Under the pieces are notes generated by a model that worked only from the letters and a program-made list of their open reading frames with translations, was not told the DNA's origin and did no database searches. This document shows, in pieces, positions 11,076-19,265 of a stretch of 48,885 nt of DNA. Origin of the DNA: Pseudomonadales bacterium. Its GTDB lineage: Bacteria; Pseudomonadota; Gammaproteobacteria; Pseudomonadales; JBFGWM01. The position numbers were made by a program, and so were the translations under genes. How positions within the stretch are numbered: position 1 is the first letter of the stretch; the number at the start of each line of letters is the position of its first letter. The stretch covers positions 1 through 48,885 of the forward strand of contig JBFKXW010000001.1 of NCBI GenBank assembly GCA_041637915.1. Direction: 5' to 3'.

Positions 11076-11972
11076 ATGAACAGGACGGCTCTGGTTGTGG
11101 AAGGTGGCGCGATGCGCTCCATCTATCCGGCCGGTGTGCTCGATGTATTCCTGGAGGCAGGCTATGACCCGTTCGATCACTGCTATGGCGTCTCCGCCGG
11201 TGCGCTGAACCTGACTTCCTATCTGGCCGGAAAACACGGTCGAAATTACCGTATTCTCACCGAGCTCGCCCTCCGGCCGGAGTTCATCAGTATCCGGCGC
11301 GCCATCCGGCGCGATGGCAATGTCATGGATCTCGACTGGCTGTGGAACGCGATGATGCAGCACGAACCACTGGACGGACAGCGTGTGCTGCCCGATACCG
11401 TGCAGCGGCGGCTGTCCGTCTGCAGCACCCGGGTTCGCGACGGCGCCACGTTCTTTTTCCAGCCGGACAACGAAACCTGGCCGGTCCTGGCCCGGGCGAC
11501 CTGCGCCCTGCCCCTGTTCTATCGCAGGCCGGTGCATTTTGCCGGCGAACAGTGGCTGGACGGGGCGGTCAGCGACCCGCTACCGGTCGAGCAGGCCTAT
11601 CGGGAAGGCGCGCGGCGAATTGTCGTGATCCGCACGCGCCCGGCCGACTACCGCAAGCGAGCCTCGATCGGCCACAACCTGATTGGTGCCACGCTGCGCA
11701 AACACGAAAGCCTGCGTCAGGTGGTGGGGGAAGTGCCCGACCGCTACAACCGGAGCGTGCAGTTCGTGCTTCAGCCCCCGCAGGATGTGCACACGGCGCA
11801 GATCGCGCCGAGCCGTCCGCTTCGCACCGGGCGCACCTCACGGAACCGCTTATGCCTGGAATCCGATTACCGCCTCGGGCGTCACGATGCGATCCGCTAC
11901 CTGGAGCAGATCGATCATGCACCGCTGCCACAGCTCGACACGCACCCGCTGCGTCCGGCCGCCAACGGCTGA
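11076..11972 (+). CDS. Patatin-like phospholipase.
   Basis: Oxyanion motif VVEGGAMRS, nucleophile motif GVSAG and catalytic Asp in LDGAVSD. The ATG at 11076 gives MNRTALVVEGG. Confidence 0.9.
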   Translation: MNRTALVVEGGAMRSIYPAGVLDVFLEAGYDPFDHCYGVSAGALNLTSYLAGKHGRNYRILTELALRPEFISIRRAIRRDGNVMDLDWLWNAMMQHEPLDGQRVLPDTVQRRLSVCSTRVRDGATFFFQPDNETWPVLARATCALPLFYRRPVHFAGEQWLDGAVSDPLPVEQAYREGARRIVVIRTRPADYRKRASIGHNLIGATLRKHESLRQVVGEVPDRYNRSVQFVLQPPQDVHTAQIAPSRPLRTGRTSRNRLCLESDYRLGRHDAIRYLEQIDHAPLPQLDTHPLRPAANG

Positions 11973-11973
11973 G

Positions 11974-12480
11974 TCACGACCCCTCGGCGATCGGCAGGCG
12001 TTCGAACAGCTCCAGCAAGTACGGCCAATGGGCCGGAAAACGCAGGTCTTCCCTGTCCACGGCGGTTGGGATAACCCAGTGGATGGCTTCGATCTCCAAC
12101 GCCGCCCGCAACGGCCGTGCCACTTTCTCGCGTATCTGGTACGCGCCGACAATGCGGCAATGATAGAGCCTAAAATCACTCGACGGCCCGGTCAGCAGCC
12201 GTTCGGCCGTCACGGCATAGCCGGTCTCCTCCCAGGTTTCCCGCTCTGCGGTGCAATGCGCCGGCTCCGGCGGAATGGAGCGGCCGCCGGGCAGGCCCAG
12301 CTTGCCGGACAGGCGATCCCGCACCACCAAAAGATGCCGCCCGCTGCGCACCAGGCAGCCGGCATTCGCCGGTGACGCCTGAAACCGAAGCGGCTCCCGC
12401 GGACAGGCAGGCGGGCCCGCCCAGGCTGCATGAACGGCAAAGACCAGGCAGCACCCGCCCAGGAACCGAAAAACCGCCAT
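11974..12480 (-). CDS. Nudix hydrolase with a predicted Sec signal peptide.
   Basis: The Nudix box GRSIPPEPAHCTAERETWEETGY fits Gx5Ex7REUxEExGU. The N-terminus MAVFRFLGGCCLVFAVHAAWA/GPP looks like a cleavable signal peptide with an AxA site. Confidence 0.8.
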   Translation of the reverse strand: MAVFRFLGGCCLVFAVHAAWAGPPACPREPLRFQASPANAGCLVRSGRHLLVVRDRLSGKLGLPGGRSIPPEPAHCTAERETWEETGYAVTAERLLTGPSSDFRLYHCRIVGAYQIREKVARPLRAALEIEAIHWVIPTAVDREDLRFPAHWPYLLELFERLPIAEGS

Positions 12481-12536
12481 CTCAGTCTGTTTCCCGCAGC
12501 CACATTGCATTTAACATATCACTTGAAAAATCCCGC

Positions 12537-12542
12537 TATAAT
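12537..12542 (+). promoter_or_regulatory. Isolated TATAAT -10 hexamer in the AT-rich Nudix/CHAD intergenic region.
   Basis: TATAAT is read at 12537..12542 inside the only AT-rich stretch here (about 12500-12545). No good -35 lies at 16-18 nt. Confidence 0.25.
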
Positions 12543-12573
12543 CGATCGCCACACGCCGGAAGCTTCCGAACTC

Positions 12574-14148
12574 TTGACGCAAGATGTCCCCCTCGTTTTC
12601 GTAGCCGATGCCGCGCTCGCTCAGACCACGGCAGACGTGACCGCCCGGCTGAAAAGTCGCGGCGACATCCACAAACTGCCTCCACAGCAGACCGACATCC
12701 TCTACCTGGACAGCTTTGACTGGCGTCTGGCCCGCGCGGGGAACCTGCTGGAAGCGCGCCGCCTGGACCAAGGGTATCAGTTGATCTGGTCAGAACGGGA
12801 TAGCGGGGCCCGCAGGCTGGTGATCACCGTAGGAGAGCTGCCGCGTGCAGCGGAAGATCTGGATCCGGGCCCGTTGCGTGACCTGCTCGCCGCGCTGCTG
12901 GAGGAACGCGCCCTGATGCATGCCGCGCACGTGCGGACCGACCAGCAGATGGTCAACGTGAACAACAAGCACGGCAAGACCGTACTGCGCGTCGAAATCT
13001 CCGAGCACATCGCGCATGACGGCACCGGTGGCCGGTCGGAGGCTCTGGGCACCTGGATTCGTCTCCTGCCTTTGCGCGGCTACGAGAAAATCGCCCGTCG
13101 GAACGCGGTGCGGGTGGCAAAACTGGCAACTTGCCAGCCCCAGCAGGAAGACCTGCTCACTGCTGCGGCGCGGGTATGCGGCATCCGCCCACTGGACTAC
13201 AGCTCCAAACTGAACCTGCAACTGCGCCCGGAACAGCCCGCTTGGGAAGTGCTGCAGAACATTCTCATCACGACCCTGGAGGGGTTTCGACAGAATGAAG
13301 AAGGCATGTGTGATGCCATCGACATTGAATTCCTCCACGATTTTCGCGTCTACGTAAGGCGCAGTCGCTCCGCGCTGACGGATATCCAGGGCGTAATATC
13401 AAAACGCGCACTACTGCCTTGGCGGGACGAACTGCGCTGGTTGCAGCAATTGACCGGCGAGAGCCGGGACCTCGATGTCTACCTCAACAGCCTGCCGGAC
13501 TATCGTGCAGAATTGCCGCAGGAATATCGCAGCGGCATGACGGCGTTTGAGGAATTTCTATTGCGTGAACGACAACAGGCGCACCTGAAACTGACGCGGG
13601 CGATCCGGTCCGCGCGTTACCGTAGCTTCTGTAGCCAGTACGCGGCGTTTCTGAAAACGCTGGAGCAGAACCCGAGCGCCGCGGGTAGCCACGCCGATCC
13701 GGTGGGCAGGCTCTCCGCGCAGTTGCTGAAGAAAGCGTACCAGCGCGTGTTGGACGATGGCCGGGCGATCACGCCGGAGTCACAACCGGAGTCCCTGCAT
13801 GAGCTGCGCAAACGCTGCAAGCGTCTGCGGTATCTTCTTGAGTTCTTCCTCTCCCTCTATCCAAGTGACGACATCAGCGCATTCGTGAAAGCGCTGAAAG
13901 GACTGCAGGAAAACCTGGGAAACTTTCAGGATTTAGAAGTCCAGGCGAAAACCCTGTCCCGCATGAGCGGCCAGATGGCGCATGACAAGGTCGCGCCACC
14001 GGAAACGTTCCTGGCGCTCGGCGTGTTAATTGAACGGCTGCATGATCGAACCCGACAGGCCCGCCTGGAGTTCGCGCGGCGCTTTGCGGACTTTGACACC
14101 AAGGCGACACGCAAACGCTTTCACCACATGTGTGCGCAGCAATCATGA
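12574..14148 (+). CDS. CHAD domain protein with an N-terminal CYTH-like region.
   Basis: The C-terminal half has CHAD-type repeats (FLHDFRVYVRRSRSAL, LHELRKRCKRLRYLLEFF). The N-terminal ILYLDSFDWRLARAGNLLEARR resembles a CYTH strand. I chose the TTG 12574 start because ATG 12430 would overlap the divergent Nudix start and span the AT-rich promoter-like region. The start is uncertain. Confidence 0.8.
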   Translation: MTQDVPLVFVADAALAQTTADVTARLKSRGDIHKLPPQQTDILYLDSFDWRLARAGNLLEARRLDQGYQLIWSERDSGARRLVITVGELPRAAEDLDPGPLRDLLAALLEERALMHAAHVRTDQQMVNVNNKHGKTVLRVEISEHIAHDGTGGRSEALGTWIRLLPLRGYEKIARRNAVRVAKLATCQPQQEDLLTAAARVCGIRPLDYSSKLNLQLRPEQPAWEVLQNILITTLEGFRQNEEGMCDAIDIEFLHDFRVYVRRSRSALTDIQGVISKRALLPWRDELRWLQQLTGESRDLDVYLNSLPDYRAELPQEYRSGMTAFEEFLLRERQQAHLKLTRAIRSARYRSFCSQYAAFLKTLEQNPSAAGSHADPVGRLSAQLLKKAYQRVLDDGRAITPESQPESLHELRKRCKRLRYLLEFFLSLYPSDDISAFVKALKGLQENLGNFQDLEVQAKTLSRMSGQMAHDKVAPPETFLALGVLIERLHDRTRQARLEFARRFADFDTKATRKRFHHMCAQQS

Positions 14149-14888
14149 GAGTGATCGCCGTGTACAACATCAAAGGCGGCGTCGGCAAGACGGCCACTGC
14201 AGTGAACCTGTCCTGGCTCGCTGCGCGCAATGCGCGCGTGCTGCTCTGGGACCTGGACCCACAGGGAGCAGCAACATTCTATTACCGTATCAAGCCAAAG
14301 GTTGCCGGTGGACTGCAGGGGCTGCTGGGTGGCGATCAGGAACTCGCGGATGCGATCAAGGCATCCGACTTCGATAATCTGGATATCGTTCCGGCGGACT
14401 TTTCCTATCGAAATATGGACCTCGAACTGGACCACGCCAAGAAACCGCTGAAGCAGTTGCGCAAGGTTTTGAAGTTGCTCAAAGACGAATACGACTATGT
14501 GTTCCTGGATTGCCCGCCAAGCATTTCGCTGGTGTCTGAGAACATCTTCAATGCATCCGATGTACTGGTGGTGCCGTTGATTCCGACCACGCTGTCGCTG
14601 CGCACCCTGAAACAGCTGTTACGCTTTTGCCGCAAGCATGATCTCAATGAATTGCCGATCATGCCGTTTTTCTCCATGGCGGATCGTCGCAAGCGCATGC
14701 ACAACCAGATCATCACGGACATGCTTTCCAGCAAGAAAGGCTTTCTGCGCACCAGCATCCCCTACGCGAGCGAAGTTGAGCAGATGGGCGAGCATCGCGC
14801 ACCGCTGGTCAGTTATGCCAGTACTTCGGTTGTCGGTGCGTATCAGAATCTGTGGGCGGAGATTCAGTCCCGCATGGGCATCCGCTAG
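14145..14888 (+). CDS. Orphan ParA/MinD-family P-loop ATPase.
   Basis: Deviant Walker A motif VYNIKGGVGKTAT, LWDLDPQG and Walker B FLDCPP. The ATG at 14145 overlaps the CHAD gene stop (ATGA). No parB-like gene is adjacent. Confidence 0.9.
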   Translation: MRVIAVYNIKGGVGKTATAVNLSWLAARNARVLLWDLDPQGAATFYYRIKPKVAGGLQGLLGGDQELADAIKASDFDNLDIVPADFSYRNMDLELDHAKKPLKQLRKVLKLLKDEYDYVFLDCPPSISLVSENIFNASDVLVVPLIPTTLSLRTLKQLLRFCRKHDLNELPIMPFFSMADRRKRMHNQIITDMLSSKKGFLRTSIPYASEVEQMGEHRAPLVSYASTSVVGAYQNLWAEIQSRMGIR

Positions 14889-16930
14889 TCAGCGTCGGCC
14901 TCGCTTCGTTCCTCGACCACAATCTCGCCGGTGTGCTGCGCTGGGGGCAGACGCGTAGCGCCCGGGTGCTGCTGTGGGTAGCCCGGCATGTTGGGGTCCA
15001 GCGCTTCGAGTTTCGGGGCCGGGCCATCGAGATCAAAGAAAGAATCCAGCGAATTGTTGTATTCGTCCTGTTTCTCACGAATCGACAGGTAGCGATCCGC
15101 AGTAATCTCATTGCTCTGCAACTGGTCCTTCAGAATGACCGGATGAATAAACACCATCAGATTGGTACGGTCGGTATCGATACTGGTGCTGCGGAACAGG
15201 CCACCCACCAACGGCAGATCACCGAGAAAGGGAACCTTGGTTTCATTTTCTGACACGTTGTCCTGAATCAGGCCGCCCAGGACCAGGATCTGGTCATCCT
15301 CAATCAGGACACGCGTGCTGATGGAACGCTTGCGCGTGGTAATTCCCTGATTGGCGGTGCCGGTTGCCGTCTGGTCCACCGAGGAAACTTCCTGCTCCAC
15401 GTCGAGGGTGATGGCATCGCCACGATTGATGTGCGGGCGGATGCGCAGAATGATGCCGACATCCTGGCGTTCGATGGTCTGAAACGGATTGACCAGGTTG
15501 CTGCCATCGCCTGCGGCCGTCTGGCCGGTCAGCACCGGCACATTCTGACCAACGAGGATTTCCGCCTCCTCGTTGTCCAGCGTGACAATCGAGGGTGTCG
15601 ACAGCAGGTTGATATCACTGTCCGTCTCGATCGCGCGGATCATGCTACGCAGGTTGCCATTCTTGATGTAGCCAATGCTGAAACCACCGCCAAAGGTAAA
15701 GGAAGCCGGCGGACCGACATTGATCCCGCTACCGGTCGGAAACGTACTGCCCCCATCACTGCCGGCAATCACACCGTTACTGGTCAGGACAGAATCACTG
15801 GTGGCCCACTCCACACCAAACGCGTCCGTGTCATCCTGTCCCACTTCCACAATGACGGCTTCCACCAGGACTTGTGCACGCCGGATGTCGAGTTGCTTGA
15901 TGACACGATGCAATGTTTTCTGCATGCTCGGTGGTGCATTGATCACCACCGCGTTCGTGGCCTCACTCGCTTCAATGCTGACATCACCCTTGCCGCTTAC
16001 ACCTTTCTCGTCCTTGACGATGCTGCCGCTGATACTCTGCAGGACCGGCACAATCTCCTCAGCGCGGGCGTAATGCAGGTAGTGCACCTGCGTATTGCCG
16101 TCAGCTGATAACGGTGCATCAAGTTGGCGAATCAGGTTCTTGATTTGTTCCCGTGTGAGCGGATCACCACTCATGAGAATGCTGTTGGAACGATTGTCCG
16201 CAGCGAAGCTGACCGCCGTACCCCCTTCGGTCCCCGGTGTCCGCGGCAACATACCGCTCAGCGTATCGACGACCTGCTGCGCATCCGCATTCCGTACCGG
16301 CACCATTTCGATGTCGACCTCACCGGCCTTGTCGATCTGCGCAACGATTTCGACAATGCGGTTGATATTGGCGGCACGATCACTGATCACCAGCACATTG
16401 GTGGACGGGTAGGCGGCCAGATGGCCGACCTGTGGGATCAGCGGGCGTAATAAAGCAACCAGTTGCACCGCAGAGACATTCTTCACGCGCACCACGCGTA
16501 CCACCATCTCGTCACCACTACCGCGCGAAACCGGGATTTCCTGCTGCTTCGCATTCACATCCGGGATGATCTTGATGGTGTCACCGGATTCCACTGCAGC
16601 AAAACCATGCACCTGCAGCACCGACAGAAACACCTGGTAGGCATCCTGTAACGGCATCGGATCGCCGGCATGGACGGTGACCGTGCCTTTGACTCGCGGA
16701 TCAATGATGACGCTTTTTTTGAGGTGACGGGCCATCCACTGGATCAGTACTCGGATATCCGCCTCCTGCACATTGATGGTGATCTTCTCACCCGCAGTGC
16801 CCTCTGCCGCCTGCGGCGCAGCCTGTAGCGGCGTACCAGCGACCAGACAGGTCGCCAAAACCAGCGCGGGCATCAGCCCCCGACACGGCCATCCGGCTGA
16901 GTTGTTCGGAAGCGATCTGCATGTACGCAT
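14885..16930 (-). CDS. gspD: Type II secretion system secretin.
   Basis: N0 domain ITINVQEADIRVLIQWMA and secretin C-domain VPFLGDLPLVGGLFR. I chose the ATG 16930 start (MRTCRS..., signal-peptide-like). ATG 16873 is an alternative. Confidence 0.93.
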   Translation of the reverse strand: MRTCRSLPNNSAGWPCRGLMPALVLATCLVAGTPLQAAPQAAEGTAGEKITINVQEADIRVLIQWMARHLKKSVIIDPRVKGTVTVHAGDPMPLQDAYQVFLSVLQVHGFAAVESGDTIKIIPDVNAKQQEIPVSRGSGDEMVVRVVRVKNVSAVQLVALLRPLIPQVGHLAAYPSTNVLVISDRAANINRIVEIVAQIDKAGEVDIEMVPVRNADAQQVVDTLSGMLPRTPGTEGGTAVSFAADNRSNSILMSGDPLTREQIKNLIRQLDAPLSADGNTQVHYLHYARAEEIVPVLQSISGSIVKDEKGVSGKGDVSIEASEATNAVVINAPPSMQKTLHRVIKQLDIRRAQVLVEAVIVEVGQDDTDAFGVEWATSDSVLTSNGVIAGSDGGSTFPTGSGINVGPPASFTFGGGFSIGYIKNGNLRSMIRAIETDSDINLLSTPSIVTLDNEEAEILVGQNVPVLTGQTAAGDGSNLVNPFQTIERQDVGIILRIRPHINRGDAITLDVEQEVSSVDQTATGTANQGITTRKRSISTRVLIEDDQILVLGGLIQDNVSENETKVPFLGDLPLVGGLFRSTSIDTDRTNLMVFIHPVILKDQLQSNEITADRYLSIREKQDEYNNSLDSFFDLDGPAPKLEALDPNMPGYPQQHPGATRLPPAQHTGEIVVEERSEADAD

Positions 16931-16949
16931 CTTCTTGTGCCCCTGATGA

Positions 16950-17609
16950 TTACTGCTGCGCCGGCGCGGCATTTTCTGCCTGCTGTTGCTGCCTGAGCTT
17001 CAGCTTTTCACGAATCTGTTCGAGTTGTTTTTGCATGATTTCACGCTTGCGTTGCTCCACGCGCGCGGAGGTACTCAGCCCGCCGGATTCACCGCCCATG
17101 TCCAGGTCGCGATCCGAATCCGGAAAAAACAGCGTCTCCAGACGACCGCCGCGCGAAAGCACCACGCGGTCGCGGTACACCGCATGCAATGTCACACCTG
17201 CCGGCATGCGGTCTCCTACAGCATAGAACTCGACGCGATCATCCGGTCCTTCCACGATGGCACTGGAGTTCTGATCGTTCTCCGCTGCAAACGTGCCACG
17301 CAGTACCAGCCGCAGATTGGTGATCGGCAGGTTGTCCATGTTATCGCTGGCGCCCGGTTCCACTTCCGCAGCACCGAACAGATTCCAGGAAGCGATTTCC
17401 TTGCCGCGAGTACGCGGCGGCGGCGGTCTGCGGGTCACTTCCACACTGGTCTGCTCCGCACCGGCACGATCCGAAGCGAGCGAACCGAGGAATGCATGCA
17501 ACTGCAAACCGATGCTGACGCATACGGCGAGCACGACGACGATCACCGCCCAACGAGTTGCGCGCGGACCGAAGGTCTGAGCCAATTCTCCAATTCCCTG
17601 TGCGGCCAA
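16950..17609 (-). CDS. gspC: Type II secretion system protein C (XcpP-like, coiled-coil C-terminus, no PDZ).
   Basis: It sits immediately upstream of gspD. It has a single TM segment (WAVIVVVLAVCVSIGL), a WNLFG motif and an HR domain. The C-terminal tail is charged and Gln-rich. The TTG start at 17609 is uncertain. Confidence 0.75.
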   Translation of the reverse strand: MAAQGIGELAQTFGPRATRWAVIVVVLAVCVSIGLQLHAFLGSLASDRAGAEQTSVEVTRRPPPPRTRGKEIASWNLFGAAEVEPGASDNMDNLPITNLRLVLRGTFAAENDQNSSAIVEGPDDRVEFYAVGDRMPAGVTLHAVYRDRVVLSRGGRLETLFFPDSDRDLDMGGESGGLSTSARVEQRKREIMQKQLEQIREKLKLRQQQQAENAAPAQQ

Positions 17610-17711
17610 AACCCGCGGTCTCCCAGTGCACGGCGCATCAATTGGACTACAGTATAGATACTAAATTTCACGTGCCCGGAGCGACTCCGGCAAAATCGGA
17701 CCGAAACAACA

Positions 17712-19262
17712 ATGAGTGAATCCGCCGCACTCCCGGTCAATGGTGAGGAAGCCGCCGTCGCAGCGGATGCGCCGGAAACCACCGGCACTAGCTTCCGAAA
17801 ACTACCCTTTTCTTTCGCCAAGCGTCACGGTGTCCTGCTCCGCGAAGATCCGGAGCGCGGACTGCTGGCCTGCTACCGCTCCGGACTGCAGCCGGAAGTG
17901 CTGGCTGAAGTACGTCGCTTCTGTGGCCGCTCCTTTCATTTGCAGGAAATCGCCGAGGATGCGTTCAATCAGGCCCTCGCCATGGCCTATCAAACCGGCT
18001 CCAGCGAAACCATGCAGATGGTCGAGGGCATTGGCGACGACATGGATCTTTCCAGTCTGGCCGAGAACGTTCCGGAAACCGAAGACCTGCTCGAACAGGA
18101 AGACGATGCACCCATCATCCGCCTGATCAATGCGATTCTGTCCGAAGCGGTCAAGGATGATGCCTCTGACATTCATATCGAAACCTTCGAGAAGTCCCTG
18201 GTCGTGCGCTACCGCGTCGATGGCGTGCTGCGTGAGGTGGTGCGACCGAAGCGGGCGCTGGCACCGCTGCTGGTCTCGCGGATCAAGGTGATGGCGAAGA
18301 TGGATATCGCGGAGAAGCGCGTCCCGCAGGACGGCCGCATTTCCCTACGGCTGGCGGGGCGCGAGGTGGACATCCGGGTTTCCACGCTACCGTCCAATTA
18401 CGGAGAGCGGGTTGTCATGCGCCTGCTCGACAAGCAGGCCGGGCGGCTGGAGCTGACGCGGCTCGGCATGACGGATCGCGACCTGAACCTGATGCGCGAG
18501 CTGATCAACACCCACCACGGCATTATCCTGGTCACCGGGCCGACCGGTTCGGGGAAGACCACCACCCTGTATTCCGCGTTACAGGAAATTGACTACAAGG
18601 CACGCAATATCCTCACCGTGGAAGACCCCATCGAATACAACCTGGAAGGGATCGGCCAGACGCAGGTGAACACCAAGGTCGACATGACCTTTGCCCGCGG
18701 GCTGCGTGCCATGTTGCGGCAGGACCCCGACGTCGTCATGGTCGGCGAGATTCGTGACCTGGAAACCGCCGAGATTGCTGTACAGGCCAGCCTGACCGGC
18801 CACCTGGTGATTTCCACCCTGCATACCAACTCTGCCATTGGCACCGTCACCCGGATGCGCGACATGGGTGTCGAGCCCTTTCTGCTCGCCTCCAGCCTGA
18901 TCGGCGTGCTGGCGCAGCGGCTGGTGCGGGTGCTGTGTCCGGAATGCAAGGCGCCTTATCAGGCCGACAAAGCCGAAGCCGCGTTTCTGCTGAAGAACAG
19001 CCGTCGCCCGCCGACGATTTATCATGCCGTCGGTTGTGATGCCTGCAAGGGACTGGGCTATCGCGGGCGCATGGGTATCTACGAACTGGTCGCGATCGAC
19101 GACGAGATGCGCACGCTGATCCACAACAACGCCAGCGAGCAGGAAATCGAACTCTACGCCCGAAAAATCAACACGCCCTCCATTCGGTCGGACGGCCGCG
19201 ACAAGGTGCTCAGGGGGCTGACCACGGTGGAAGAGGTCTTGCGGGTCACCCGCGAGGACTGA
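17712..19262 (+). CDS. gspE: Type II secretion ATPase.
   Basis: Walker A motif [12 protein letters not shown], Asp and His boxes, and a tetracysteine motif CPECK...CDAC. Confidence 0.95.
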   Translation: MSESAALPVNGEEAAVAADAPETTGTSFRKLPFSFAKRHGVLLREDPERGLLACYRSGLQPEVLAEVRRFCGRSFHLQEIAEDAFNQALAMAYQTGSSETMQMVEGIGDDMDLSSLAENVPETEDLLEQEDDAPIIRLINAILSEAVKDDASDIHIETFEKSLVVRYRVDGVLREVVRPKRALAPLLVSRIKVMAKMDIAEKRVPQDGRISLRLAGREVDIRVSTLPSNYGERVVMRLLDKQAGRLELTRLGMTDRDLNLMRELINTHHGIILVTGPTGSGKTTTLYSALQEIDYKARNILTVEDPIEYNLEGIGQTQVNTKVDMTFARGLRAMLRQDPDVVMVGEIRDLETAEIAVQASLTGHLVISTLHTNSAIGTVTRMRDMGVEPFLLASSLIGVLAQRLVRVLCPECKAPYQADKAEAAFLLKNSRRPPTIYHAVGCDACKGLGYRGRMGIYELVAIDDEMRTLIHNNASEQEIELYARKINTPSIRSDGRDKVLRGLTTVEEVLRVTRED

Positions 19263-19265
19263 TCC

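Noticed and set aside
12430-12573. ATG 12430 as the start of the CHAD gene, which would give a 572-aa protein.
   Set aside because: It would overlap the divergent Nudix start by 50 bp and read through the only AT-rich, TATAAT-containing stretch in this region (about 12500-12545). The added residues show no domain signature. This start is kept as an alternative and is not excluded.
14145-14888. ParA gene read as a sign of an integrated plasmid, ICE or prophage partition module.
   Set aside because: No ParB, replication initiator, integrase, relaxase, direct repeats or tRNA target lie nearby. The flanks are chromosomal genes (the CHAD gene and the T2SS secretin), and I see no obvious compositional break.
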